From Lama guanicoe (Eukaryota): DNA of 64,000 nucleotides. Location of the stretch: assembly GCA_013239625.1 (NCBI GenBank), contig MU054338.1, positions 994,001-1,058,000 on the forward strand, written 5' to 3'. Both the position numbers and the translations under genes were made by a program. This document shows, in pieces, positions 22,076 through 33,720 of the stretch. Within the stretch, counting starts at the first letter, position 1, and each line of letters opens with the position of its first letter. Under the pieces are notes generated by a model that was not told the origin of the DNA, searched no databases, and saw only the letters and a list, made by a program, of their open reading frames with translations.

Positions 22076-22599
22076 TTCAGAGCCGCCGTCTCCTTCCTTT
22101 GCTGTGACATGGCGGGGCCCCCCGTCCCTGCTTCCAGTGGCTGCCTCCCCCTCCGATGCCGCCCTAGGCCCGGGCCTGTGGCACCCCGGCTCTGCCTCCT
22201 CCAGGCCTGTGGGAAGAGGAGGGAGGCTGGCGGCTGCCCCCACCACAGGCCCAGTCAGGAACAGAGAGCTTGGGAATCAGTCTCGTAGCAAATGCTTCTA
22301 CTCCTTGGCTTCTTTGCTGTTCGTGTTTCCTGTCTACCCAGCTAGAACACATGCTTCCTGAGGGACCACACCTGCTTGTTCCCTGCTGTCTTTTAGTAAA
22401 GATTGGCTGAGTATTAGAGCAGGTGCGGGCCGGGGACAGAGGGCAGCCGGGCTGACGACAGTGTCAGCCCTTCTCTGGGCTGAACCTCGTTGTTATCCGA
22501 GATCAAAATGTCCTCAGTCTGGGAAGTCATGGGACCAGACTCACCTCTATCCCCACAGAGCAGCATCGGGATGGCTCAGAAGTGACCACAGAACGTGCA

Positions 22600-23900
22600 T
22601 GTGATGGATGAATGGATGGGTGAATGGACAAATAGGTGGGTGGGTGGGTGGGAAGGTGGATGGACAGGGGGCTGGGTGGGTGGGTGAGTGGAAGGGTTGG
22701 TGAATGAATGGATGTGTGAATGGATGAATGGGTGGATGGGCACATGAATGTGTGTTTGTGTGGAAGGGTGGACGGACGGGAGGAAGGATGAGTGGATGGT
22801 TAAGAGGATAGATAAGTAGATGCATGAATGGACAGGTGGGTAGGTAGGTGAATGATTGGTGGATGGGTGGATGGCTAGGGAGGTGAGTAAATGAACAGGT
22901 GTGTAACGAGTGGGAGATCTGAAAGATAAATGCGTGTGTAGTGGATGAATGGGTGGATAGGATAGATAAGTGGATGGATGGATGGGTAGGATAGGTGGCG
23001 GAATCAATAGGCAGACGGACGGATGGATGGATCACTCGGTATGTTGGTGAATGTATGGTTTGTTGACTGCACGGGTGGATGGACGAAAGGATAAATACAT
23101 GGATGCATGACACAAATGAACTTATTTAGAAAACAAAGACTCATAGACATAGGAAACAGACTTATGGTTATGGGGGGAAGAGAGGAGTGAGGGATAAATT
23201 GGGACTTTGAAATTGGCTGATACAGACTACTATGTACAGAATAGATAAACAAGGCCCTACTGTACAGCACAGGGAACTGTACTCAATGGCTTGTAACATG
23301 TAATGAAAAGGAATATGAGAAATAATGTATATACATATGTGTGTGTGTGTGTGTGTGTGTGTATAACTGAATCATTATGCTGTACACCAGAAACTAATAC
23401 AATGTTATAATCAACTATACTTCAATTCAAAAATGGGAGGAAAAAAATAAATAAATGGATGCATGCATGGATGGATGAGCTGGTGAATGCATGCAAGATG
23501 GGTGAAAGGTTTGGTGGATTGATAGATGGATGAGCAGGGGAGTGAGTGGATAGGGGTGTAATGTGGGGGGAATGGATAGATAAATGGATGTATGGGTGGA
23601 TGGATGGATAGAAGGACAGATAAACGGATGGATGAATGGGTGGGAGGGTGGATGGGTGAATCAATGGGTGTGTGGGTGGATGGATGGCCGGATGGGTAGA
23701 AGGGTGGAGGGGTCATTGGATGAATGGGTACATTGGTGAATGTATGGCTTGTTGACTGGATGGATGGATGGGTGGATGGATATTGGACCAATGTCTTGGT
23801 GAAAAGACAGGCAGATAAGGGGGTTGAGTGGATCAAGGAGTAAGTGGTTGGATGAATACTTGGATGGGCAGGTTTGTGAGCCGATGGAGGCATGGGTGTG
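22600..23900. repeat. Degenerate (TGGA)n array interrupted by an L1 3' end
   Basis: ggatgggtggat units on both sides of 23110-23446. Confidence 0.85.
23110..23446 (+). mobile_element. Short 5'-truncated L1 3' end with 19-bp TSD and internal (TG)n
   Basis: ACACAAATGAACTTATTT...TACACCAGAAACTAATACAATGTTATAATCAACTATACTTCAAT. TSD ATAAATA(C/A)ATGGATGCATG at 23091-23109 and 23447-23465. Confidence 0.9.
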
Positions 23901-24299
23901 TAGGAGGATAAACAAAGGAGCTTCAGTAGGACAGGTGTGTGCAGGGTACCCCTGCAGGCCCTGCGCTTTCTGGAACTCCCTTTCCAAGTATTTCCTGTAC
24001 CTGCGCAGATGCTATGGGAGGAAACAGGCACCACCAGTGGTTCTCCAAAGAGGATGGGGCAAGGGGGAGGAGGAGGGGAGACCCCAGGAAAGTGGCAGGA
24101 GAAGTGGCCCTGGCCACTGGACTTGGGGCTGGCACCAGGCCCAGGCCCAGGCCTAGGCGGGAACAGCAGGATTCCAGGCAAGGAGGGGTGCGGAGCTGGA
24201 AGACCCAGTCTCTGCCCTCCCCCAGCCTGTCCCCCTTCCTGAGGGACCCCCGACTCTGAGCCGGCCACTCCCCTGCCCCACCTTCCAGGGCCCCCAGGC

Positions 24300-24650
24300 T
24301 CCGTGCGCACTGGACCTGCCGCTGTCTGCGCCCCGCACCCCTCAGTCCCGCTGGAGGACAGGGGGCCGCCCCGTGCGGGGTGCTGGGGTGCAGAGCCTGG
24401 GACGGGAGCTGGCGGCGTGGACGGCGGGGAGGGCGCCTCCGCCCGAGGTCGATGGGGGGAGCCGGGCTGCGGTTTACATGGAATCCACGAAAATCACCGA
24501 AGCTTGAAAAGTGCTCAATACGCCATCGATCGCGCGCTGCTGATCGGCGCGGCCGGCGCAGCGCGCTGGGAGCAGGGCGGGCGGCGGTCGTCCCCGGGGC
24601 GCGCGCAGACTCAGAACTCCTTCCCCAGCTGTTCCGGGTGCCGCGGGATT
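24300..24650. promoter_or_regulatory. CpG island / candidate enhancer
   Basis: CpG-dense. GCCATCGATC 24522-24531 and GGTCGAT near 24447. Confidence 0.55.
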
Positions 24651-25999
24651 AAGACAGGAAACCCAGCTCGTCCACTGTGAGGCTGTGTGACCCTAGCTCG
24701 CTCCTAACCTCTCTGGGCCTTGGCTGTCATGTCTGTAAGACGGGCGTTGTCACACGGACTCCCTCGGGGGTTCCCGCTGCGAGGTCCCCTGCTGGCCCTG
24801 TCTGCCGCAGCTCCGGCTTTTAATCCCGGAGGTCAAAGGGGCCTCTGGAGGATTTGGAGTGATGGGAGTGGAGCAGCACCTTCCCCTCGAAAGCTCTGCC
24901 TGGGCTCCTCTGCCCCAGGGCCCAGTGCTCACTACTTCCTGCCCTGACCCAGCACTGGCTCCTCAGGGCCCTTTTAAGTCCAGCCCTGAGCTGGCCCGTC
25001 CCCTGCTCTAAGCTCTCCAGTCCCTCCCCAGTGCCGGTCCAGGCACATTGGGCTGGTGCCACCCTGTGACCTGTCCCACTGCATGTCTAGCCACACGCCA
25101 GCCAGCCGATGTGCCCTGCTCTCGCTCCAGCTGTGTTGGAGCTGTCCCAGCTGCGGTCACTCGTGCTCTCACCCCACCCGGACTTCATCCTCCTGCCTGG
25201 AGTTTTGTCCCCACCCCACACACCTGCTTGACTTCTCCTCCCCCTCCAAGGCCCTCCGGGGATCTCCCAGACAGAGCCTCCCAGACACCCCCAGCCCTGG
25301 GGCTTCCTTCGGGCTGTGTCTGTTTTTGTGCCCCCCAGCCATGACTGGGGGGCTTGCTGGAAGACTGGGAGGGGGTCTTTGGGGACACAATGCCAGAGAC
25401 TTTCTCCCACAGCTAGGGAAACTGATGCCCAGCTGGGTGTCCCCCGCCCAGCTCCCTCTTGCCTTTAGACCTGTCCTTAGTCCACCCCATGTGACCCCAC
25501 ACCATGGTTCCCAAGAGGGAGAGAGAAAAGAGAAAAAGGAGAGGAAAATGAAGTGGCTTCCTTTCCCCCGCTCCTTTCACCAGACCCCCCCATTCTGGTC
25601 TCTTCCGTGAGGACACCCCCCCCACCCAGCCCGGAGTTCCAGCCCCACCCCAAGACCCCCATGGGACCCCACTGGCACGGGCCGCCCTCTCCCCGCCCTG
25701 CGCTCTTCCCCCCAGAGGTCAGGGAGCTGATCTCGCTCCTCCGTGTATCTCACACCTCGATGATTAGTAACTGAGGAAAGTGTGTTTCTTCGGGGACCCA
25801 GAATAAATCAGAAATAATGCCAGTGTTCACATGCTGGGAATGCCCAGGGTCAGGAGAAGGCAGAACCAGGAGCAGGGCTGTGGGCTTCGAGGGTCTAGCA
25901 GCCGTGAGGATGCTAGAAAATCACTTCAAAATCATCGTCATGACAGCAACATCAAGAATCATTCCTTGGAGACTTACCCGGCATACAGAGACACTGTGC

Positions 26000-26110
26000 T
26001 TTTGAAGTAAATGAGCTCACTGCCCCCACTTTACAGATGAGGAAATTGAGGCCCAAATCAAGGACATGTCCTGCCCAATGTCGCAGAGCTGGGATTCAAA
26101 CTTAGGTGGG
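26000..26110 (-). mobile_element. MIR
   Basis: CCCCACTTTACAGATGAGGAAATTGAGGCCCA...GAGCTGGGATTCAAAC. Confidence 0.8.
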
Positions 26111-26286
26111 TTCTGTGCCACACCTGAAACTCTGTCTGGGACCCCGTCTGCTATCTTCCCTTCAATTGGGATCTGGAGGCGCAGGTCCAGGTGGGGTGGG
26201 ATGGGGGATGATTGACCCCATGTGGGATCTGTTGCTGCCCCAGGACTTGCCACAGGAAGACTGATGACGTTAAAAGTCACCAAGGT

Positions 26287-27150
26287 ACACGCATGTTCAC
26301 AGCAGCATTATTCACAAAACCAAAAGGTGGAAACATCCCAAGTGTCCATGAAAGGATGATGGACACATGAAATGTCTTTATCCATATGATGGAATTGTCA
26401 TGTATGATTCAGTCATAATAGGAGTGAAGCTCTGACACCTGCTGCAACGGTGGATAGACCTTGAGGACGTGATGGTCAGTGAGAGAACCAGACACAGAAG
26501 GACACAGTGTGTGATTCCACTCACAGGAGGTCCCTGGAGGAGTCACATTCATAGAGACAGAGAGTAGACGCTGGGGCAGGGGCTGGGGGAGGGGCTGGGA
26601 GTCAGTGTTTCGTGAGGACAGAGATTCAGTTTGGGAAGATGAGAAAGTCCTGGAGATGATGGTGGAGATGGTTGCACAACAATGTGAATGTGCTTAATGC
26701 CACTGAGCTGTGCTCTTAGAAATGGTTAAGATGGTGGATTTTACATTATGTATATTTTACTACAATTTTAAATGATCTCTTTCAAAAAAAGGAGTGAAAC
26801 CCTGACACACACTACAACATGGATTCCAAATCTTGAGCACTTGATGATCAGAGACAGAAACCAGACACAAAAGGCCACACAATGTGTGACTCCATTTATA
26901 CGAAACATCCAGAACAGGCCAATTCCTAGAGACGGAGAGAGTCAATCGGCGGTCGTCAGGGGCGGGGGAGGTGGAGGGCGGAGGAGGGGTAACTGCTAAT
27001 GCGGACAGTGTTTTATTTTGGGTGATGAAAGGTTTTGGAGCTGGCTCTAATGATTGCAACAACTTTATAAATGTACTAAAGACCACTGAATGGTACACTT
27101 TAAAATGGTTAATTTTATGTTCTATGCATTTCACCTCAATTAAGAAAAAT
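26287..27150 (+). mobile_element. Two tandem L1MB-like 3' ends (~26287-26772 and ~26785-27150)
   Basis: ATGTTCACAGCAGCATTATTCACAA...AATGCCACTGAGCTGTGC...TATATTTTACTACAAT, then ...GACCACTGAATGGTACACTTTAAAATGG...TTCACCTCAATTAA. Confidence 0.85.
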
Positions 27151-27659
27151 ACACAGTGAGGGCAGCCCAGGCCCCCTTCTGGGGACCTGTCTGTGTCTGG
27201 TGGTGCTGGCTCCCCAGGAAATGCGGCAATAGACTTTAAATGCTTTTTTATCTGGTTTTAGACATTCAGGGCTGGGATCTTTATTATCTGTGTTCTGATC
27301 CTCAACTGATTTCAACCTGTTCCCCTTACCCTGTGCTATTTTGCCAAAACTACATGTGCTGGGACTAGCCTTGCAGCCCAAGAGAGGGGGATTGATAAAG
27401 AGCGATGTCTCCTCCACGGTGGAATGCCAGGTGGATATTAAAGGTGATGGAGAAGGAGACATTTTAAGGACAGGGAAAGATGCCCACGTGATGAAATGAA
27501 AGACATAAGCCACGTGACAGCCAGAGGTCACAGGAGCTCATTCTGGTAAAGCCTCAGGCCTCTGTCGGCATTTTCCTGGGGTCCTAGCCCAGAGCCAGGT
27601 GTTGGAAGCAGTGCCTGAAACCCTGGAGAAGGCCACCCTCATCCAGGCCCCCATACCCA

Positions 27660-28048
27660 CCTACAGTGAATCACATTGTATCCAAGAGTCACGTTCACCT
27701 AGAACCTCAGAATGTGGACTTCTGTGGAGATACGGTCTTTGCAGATGTAATTAGCTGAGGTCCTCCTGTACTGGGGTGACCCTTCAATACAATGACTGGT
27801 GTCCTTACAAGAAGGGGAGAGACACAGACGTGGAGAAGACGGCCGTGTGAAGGGGAAGCAGAGACAGGGTGATGTGGTTACAAGCCAAGGGCTGTCAGGG
27901 TGGCCGACAGCTGCCAGCAGCAGGGAGAGGAAGCAAGGACCTTCCCCTAGAGCTGCAGGAGAGAGAGCGGCCCTGTGACACCCTGATCTCACAGGTCTGG
28001 CCTCCAGAACTGTGGGAGAATATACCTCTTTTGTTTAAGCTGCCAACA
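27660..28048 (+). mobile_element. MaLR LTR (MLT1-like)
   Basis: AGAACCTCAGAATGTGGAC...GGTCTTTGCAGATGTAATTAG...TCTGGCCTCCAGAACTGTGGGAGAATA. Confidence 0.85.
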
Positions 28049-29099
28049 TCGGGGAAAGGAAGAGCACCCGCAGGCAGTGCAGGGGCGCTACAGGGTGCTA
28101 GGTGCTGGGCAGGGTGCTGCCTCGTACTCCCCCACCCCCCCATTCACGCTTCCTTAGGACTCTTCATTCAACAGGGATTACTGCCCCTGTTTTTAAAGAT
28201 GGAAGGCAAATGGTGGCTCAGAAAGGGCAGGTCAGCAACTCAAAGCCACACAGAAGGCTGGAGCAGGGGTGGAGGACCTCTGTGCTGGCGGCGGGGACAT
28301 GGGGGCTCCGGAGCAGCCAGGTGCCGGGGAACCTCAGCAAACCTCCTCCCACGGGAGGCAGGGCTACCCCAGCCCCCACCGTCAGAGGCCAAACAGAGTC
28401 TGGCCCAAAGTTCAAGGACCTCCTTTTTTTTATGCCAGTTCCTGGAGGACCTCTCAGCTTTACAACCAAACAATTCAGAGTAATGAAGAGAAAGGGGGGA
28501 TGGAAGGAAGGGGGGGAGCCAAGGAAGAGTGAGGAGAAAAAAGGTTGAGAAGGAAAGAGGAGAGGGTGGAGGAGGAGGCCAAAAGGAAGGAGAGAAGGGC
28601 CTCGCTCATTCCAGACATGGTGGCCTCATTTTTCCTGCTTCTTCATCTGTAAAATGGGAATATATTGCCCAGTGCATGGGACTTTGAAGAACCAATGTGC
28701 CACCAGCACAGCCTAGCTTGCTGCCAGCGCTCAGTGAACATCATGAGGCAGGTGAATTCGAGGCAGAGGAGTGGGGGCCGTCCTGGTTCTGTAACCTCTG
28801 CAGTCTCTGAGCCTGTGACTTCCCCTCTCTGGGCCTCGGATCCCCATCTGAGAACAAAACATGGCTGATGCCAGCTGAGAAACAAAGAGCCTTATGGGGC
28901 ACCTCACCGAAGCCTCACAGAGCCCTGAAGGGCAGGTGCTACTTCACCCCCAAGGTACAGGTGGGAACACTGAGGCTGCAGCCCACATGCCCGAGGCCAC
29001 TCAGCCGTGGGCGGCAGGGACAGGATGCCGCCTCGGGAACCTGGCCCCTGCGCGCCCGTCCGGAGAGAAGCTGCACACCCACTGGCCCCCTGGCTGGGA

Positions 29100-29700
29100 T
29101 GCTGGGAGATCTCAAGCGGACGGCCCAGCAGGCAGGAGGCGCCGCATAAACGCGAGTTGCTGCTGGCGTTGTTGTTGTTTTTCAATTATTATTATTGAAA
29201 GGAGCAGGGGCGGAGGAGGTGGCGGGTGGCAGCCCCCCCACCCCAAGCCCTTTTCCGAGCTTATTAAGCGCCTCGGGCCGCGGCGATCGATGGCCACTGG
29301 GCGCCGGCTGCCGCATCCCTCCCGGCTGCGGGCCGCGCATGCGCGCGGGTGCCGGATTGATCGCGGCCTCCTCGGATCCACCGCGCGCCGGCCCCGCCCC
29401 TCCTCCCGGCCCGCGTTGCCCGGCAACCGCGGCTCAGCGCGCTCCCATTGGCCGGCGGCGCGCCGGGCTCCCGAGCGGCGCGTGGTCAGTTGGTCAGCGA
29501 GGCCGCGGCGTGGCCGGGGGTCTGGCTCCCCGCGCGGGTCGATGCCGCCTCCCATCTGACCTTTCCCGGCGCGGGGAGGGGGCTGCGGGCGGGAAGGGGG
29601 CCTGGGGAGGATGCAGCAACCCGGCCCGTCTTGGAAAAAAGTTTATTGACCCGTGTCTTATCTCGGGAACGCACGGCTTCCTGAGGTGGGGGCCACTGAA
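29100..29700. promoter_or_regulatory. Orphan CpG island with promoter-like motif set
   Basis: GATCGATGGC 29285-29294, NRF1-type GCGCATGCGC 29335-29344, ATTGAT 29356-29361, GC box CCCCGCCCC 29392-29400, RFX X-box GTTGCCCGGCAAC 29415-29427, ATTGG 29447-29451. Confidence 0.7.
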
Positions 29701-30162
29701 TAGCCGGGTGGGGAGTGAGGAAGCGTCGAGGACCCCTCCCCAGCTCTCCCCTGCAAGCTCTACCTAGCCACCTCCCTGGCTCCATTCCCTAGCTGGGAAA
29801 ACCGCGATTCACAGCGGCTCAGTGGCTTGCCTGAGTCACAGGGATTTATAGGATGGAGGTGGGCCTGCTACACAGAAAGTGTGGCTCTGGGGCTTTGGAG
29901 TCTCTGCCACACTAGGATGACCACTAGACTCCCCACATGAGACCAAAACGCTTATCCAGTGCTCACTAGGTCCTACACACCCGCTGCCCCTGTAAGGAGG
30001 GGTAATGATTTAAATAACAACGTAATGTGGGAATTACGGGCTTGAGGGTGCTGTGGGGTCTTAGTGTTCAAAGGGCATCCCCCTTTCACAGCGGTCCAGG
30101 GAGGGAAGGCCCTGACTCAAGGCTACAGGCTTCAGAAAAGACCCTGGTTGTTTTGAAGAGGG

Positions 30163-30165
<3 letters not shown>

Positions 30166-30203
<38 letters not shown>
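30166..30203. repeat. (TG)n microsatellite
   Basis: Perfect TG run. Confidence 0.97.
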
Positions 30204-30204
<1 letters not shown>

Positions 30205-31049
30205 TGCCCTAAACCTTCCAGTTTAGTGAAAAGCCAAAATCCCAAAGCATTCAACAGCCAACTGGGTTTATTAAAATGAACAATTGAATTTTGTCAAAGG
30301 AAGGTTTATTGTAAAAATAAAGATGCTGTTTATAATAAAATTGTAGGGTTCCTGGTGTGTCGCAAAAAACATATTTCTTTGAGGGTGAAAAACAAGATTG
30401 AATTGCTTGGTGTGCAAATGTGTGATTGCTGAAACACTTAAATGTACACAGTAGTATTAATAGGCATGCTGTACCAAGTCCAGTGCTGAGAAATTTTTTT
30501 AAATGATTTCAGTTAATCCCCCCACACACACATCCCAAAATCAGCGTGTTTTTACAGGGAAGGAAACTCTAAATTCAGTTCTATAACCACTTTAAAGGAA
30601 ACAAAATGTGCAAAACCACTGGCCACAGGCTCACCTGCCTAAAATCAGCCATGGCCGTGCTGCCTGGGCCTCCTCCCCAGCCTCTGTGCAGTGCACAGAC
30701 ACACTTTACAAAGCTGCCAGCCTCCCCAGGTTTTGCATTTATGTTATTTTATTTTTCACATAATGCTGCACTGGTCTCCTTCCACGGCCTTTGCATTTCT
30801 AATTCTTAGCAGCTGAAGAAGGTTGCATTGACCGGTGGAGTAGTGGGGGGGTACTTTTTGAAAGCAGATGGTGGAATTCAATTTTTATTTTAACCTGGTT
30901 ATTGAGTGGGGAGGGGGAGGGAGGTGGAGGTTGGCCAGTTCCTGTGCAAGATGAAAAAGCTGGAATTTTTCAAAGGCTGAGCTCTTTTGACAATGACTGC
31001 TTGGGTCTGTGATGTGTGAGTGGCTCCACAGCAGTCCTGGAAGACTGCG

Positions 31050-31500
31050 TGTTAATGTGAGTGTGAGTGAGCATGCAAATCTGTGTGGTTAAGTGTGTGA
31101 ACAAATTTCAGGGGTGTCTCTGAGTGCGTGTGTGTTCACGAGTGTGCATGTGTGTGAATGGCTGGGTGCACTGTGAATGGAGATGAGTGTACATGTACGG
31201 AGGGAAGGGAGGCAGTGCACATGACTGTGTATTCTTTGCGTGCATGAGTGTGTGAGGGTGTGAGTGGGTACGTGTGGTGTGGGTGCATGCACGTGTGTAT
31301 TTTTGCATGCACATGAGCATGTGGAAGAGTGCATGCAGCTGTGTGCAAGTGTGTTCTTCACGAGTGTGGGAGTGTGTGTGTGCATACGTGTGCATGCACG
31401 CTTCGCATGTGTGCATGTGCGAGGCGTGTGAGTGGTCGCAGGTCACACATGAGTGTGTGTGATCGGCAGGTGTCTTGCTTATGCACATGCAGAGCATGTG
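31050..31500. repeat. Degenerate TG/CA-rich low-complexity tract
   Basis: gtgtgcatgtgtg-like units. Confidence 0.8.
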
Positions 31501-32148
31501 AGGCTGTGCGCCTGCACCTCCACCCCTCCTGCCTTCCTCGTTGTCCCAAGCTCTGCTCCGGACTCCCTGCCCAGCCTCCCTGCCTTCTCTCCCAATGCTC
31601 CTGCTGAAGGGACAGGGGTCCATCCCTCTCCCCTGCAGACCCTGCTCATCTCATCTTGGGAGCTCCAGGTGCCCCACGGGGAGAACATGCTGAGATGCAC
31701 TCATTCTGTAAATGCTGGTCTGGAGCAAGGCTCGGTACTCAGTCCCCAGAACCCTGGACAGGACGACAGGACATGAGTAGGACAGTCGTAGTTATGCTGG
31801 GACATGGTGCCATTGGCAGCATGGAAAGCCCCCTGATGGATGGGGAAACTGAGGCCAAGACATCTTGCCCACCACCCAAGATGTGCCTCCTGCCCTGTCC
31901 AAGCACCAACCCTGCTGGGTGTCAGCTGTCCTGGAACACTGCCTCGTCGGACATGGCCAGGCGCATGGATTTCCGAAGCCGTCCCTCCATCTAGCAGCTT
32001 TATTAACCCAGTTCGACTGATAGAGTGATTGACGTGTTTGCTTATTGGCTACTTCTGCCCCCCTAGGGACCTGGACCAGGCGTTCTCCCACCTCCATCTC
32101 CATCAGCCCAGGAGGACAGGGGACACCAGGACACCCTCACAGGTCCAT

Positions 32149-32150
<2 letters not shown>

Positions 32151-32189
<39 letters not shown>
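32151..32189. repeat. (CA)n microsatellite
   Basis: Perfect CA run. Confidence 0.97.
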
Positions 32190-32191
<2 letters not shown>

Positions 32192-32669
32192 ACTCACAGT
32201 TACATACTTTTGGTGACTGGGTCAATTTGAGTGGATCTTTCCGGAAGGTAATGCCAACATCTAACAAAAATTTAAAAGCCAAATTTAAAATGAGAGTTTG
32301 GTGAAGACAAGAACTGTTTTCTGTCCCCTTCCCCAGTGGGTCCTGAGCCCCTCAAAACTATGCCCAACACACAGTAGGTGCTCAATAAATGGTAAACAAA
32401 TTCCCCTGGCCTGTGTTCTCGCTGCTAGAAATATATCCCAGTAGGGGTATGCACAGTGGGGAGATACGCACCTAAGAGCATGTTCCCAGCAAAAACCTGG
32501 AAACAGCCTAAATAGCCAACAATCAGATGCTGGTGAAATCAGTTAAGGACTGCCCGCTGCTCTGAGAGAGACCCAGCTGTTACAAAGGCAAGAGCTGTCC
32601 AGGTAGTGGCAGTGAGCATTGCTAAGATGTATCCAGTGAACAGGCTAGCTGCCCCAAAAAGCCAGCAAC

Positions 32670-33720
32670 TTAGGTCCACACAAAAGCCTGCATGGGGATG
32701 TTTACTGCAGCTTTATTCCTAATTGCCCAAACCTGGAAGTACCCAAGAGCTGCCCCGGTAGCTGAGCGGATCCCTCAGCCGAGGGACTGTTACTCGGGGC
32801 TGGGATGAAAGGGTCCACTGAGCCACAAGAAGACACGGAGGAACCTTGAATGAACACAACTAAGTGAAGAAGCCAATCTGAAGAGGCTTCATTCTGTGAT
32901 CCCAGCTCTAGGACGTTCTGGGAAGGGCGAAGCTCTGGAGACACAGGAGGATCAGTGGCCATGGGGGTTGGGGAGAGGGGATGAAGAGACGGAGCACAGG
33001 GGTTTTTAGGGCAGTGACACTAGTCTGTATGACACCCTAGCGACGAACACGGTATTATGCCGTGAAAGCCCACAGAACCCACAGCACAGAGAGTGAGCAT
33101 GAATGTAGGTTATGGCCCTCGGTGTGCCGTATGACTAAGGACCTCAAACTGAGTGGCTTAAACCACAGACATTTATTCCTCCCCAGCTCTGGAGGCCAGA
33201 AGTCCAAGATCAGGGTTGGTTGAGCAGGGCTGGTTCCTTCTGAAACAGGTGGGGGAACATCTCCAGCTTCTGGGGGTCACTGGCAACCTTGGGGTTCCTT
33301 GGCTTAGAGAAGCATCACCCCAGTCTCTGCCTTTACCTTCACACGGGCTTTTCCCCATGTGTGTATTTCTATGTCCAAATGTCCTCTTCTTACAGGGACA
33401 TCAGTCATATGGATTATGACCTACCCTAATTTCCATCTTAACTTGATCATCGGCAAAGACCCTGTTACCTAACAAGGCCCCATTCACAGACACTGGGGGT
33501 TGAAACCCCAGCACCTTTTAGAAGGGACACAATTCATCGGGTAACAGTTACTCGTAATGTATTAATGTTGGTTCATGAATTGTAGCCAGTGCACTGCACT
33601 GGTGGTAGTGATAAGGAGCTGTGTGGGGGGCTGTTAGGTGGGAATTTCCTATACACTGCTCGCTTTTTCTGTGAATCTGAAACTATTCTAAAAAGCACAG
33701 TCTATTATTAAAAAAAAAAG
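32670..33720 (+). mobile_element. L1MC/MD-like 3' end interrupted by a reverse MLT1 LTR (~33122-33546)
   Basis: GTCCACACAAAAGCCTGCA...GCAGCTTTATTCCTAATTGCCCAAACCTGGAA, then the MLT1 hallmarks GTGGCTTAAACCACAGACATTTATT...CTGGAGGCCAGAAGTCCAAGATCAGGG. The L1 resumes to ...TTCTGTGAATCTGAAACTATTCTAAAAA. Confidence 0.8.
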
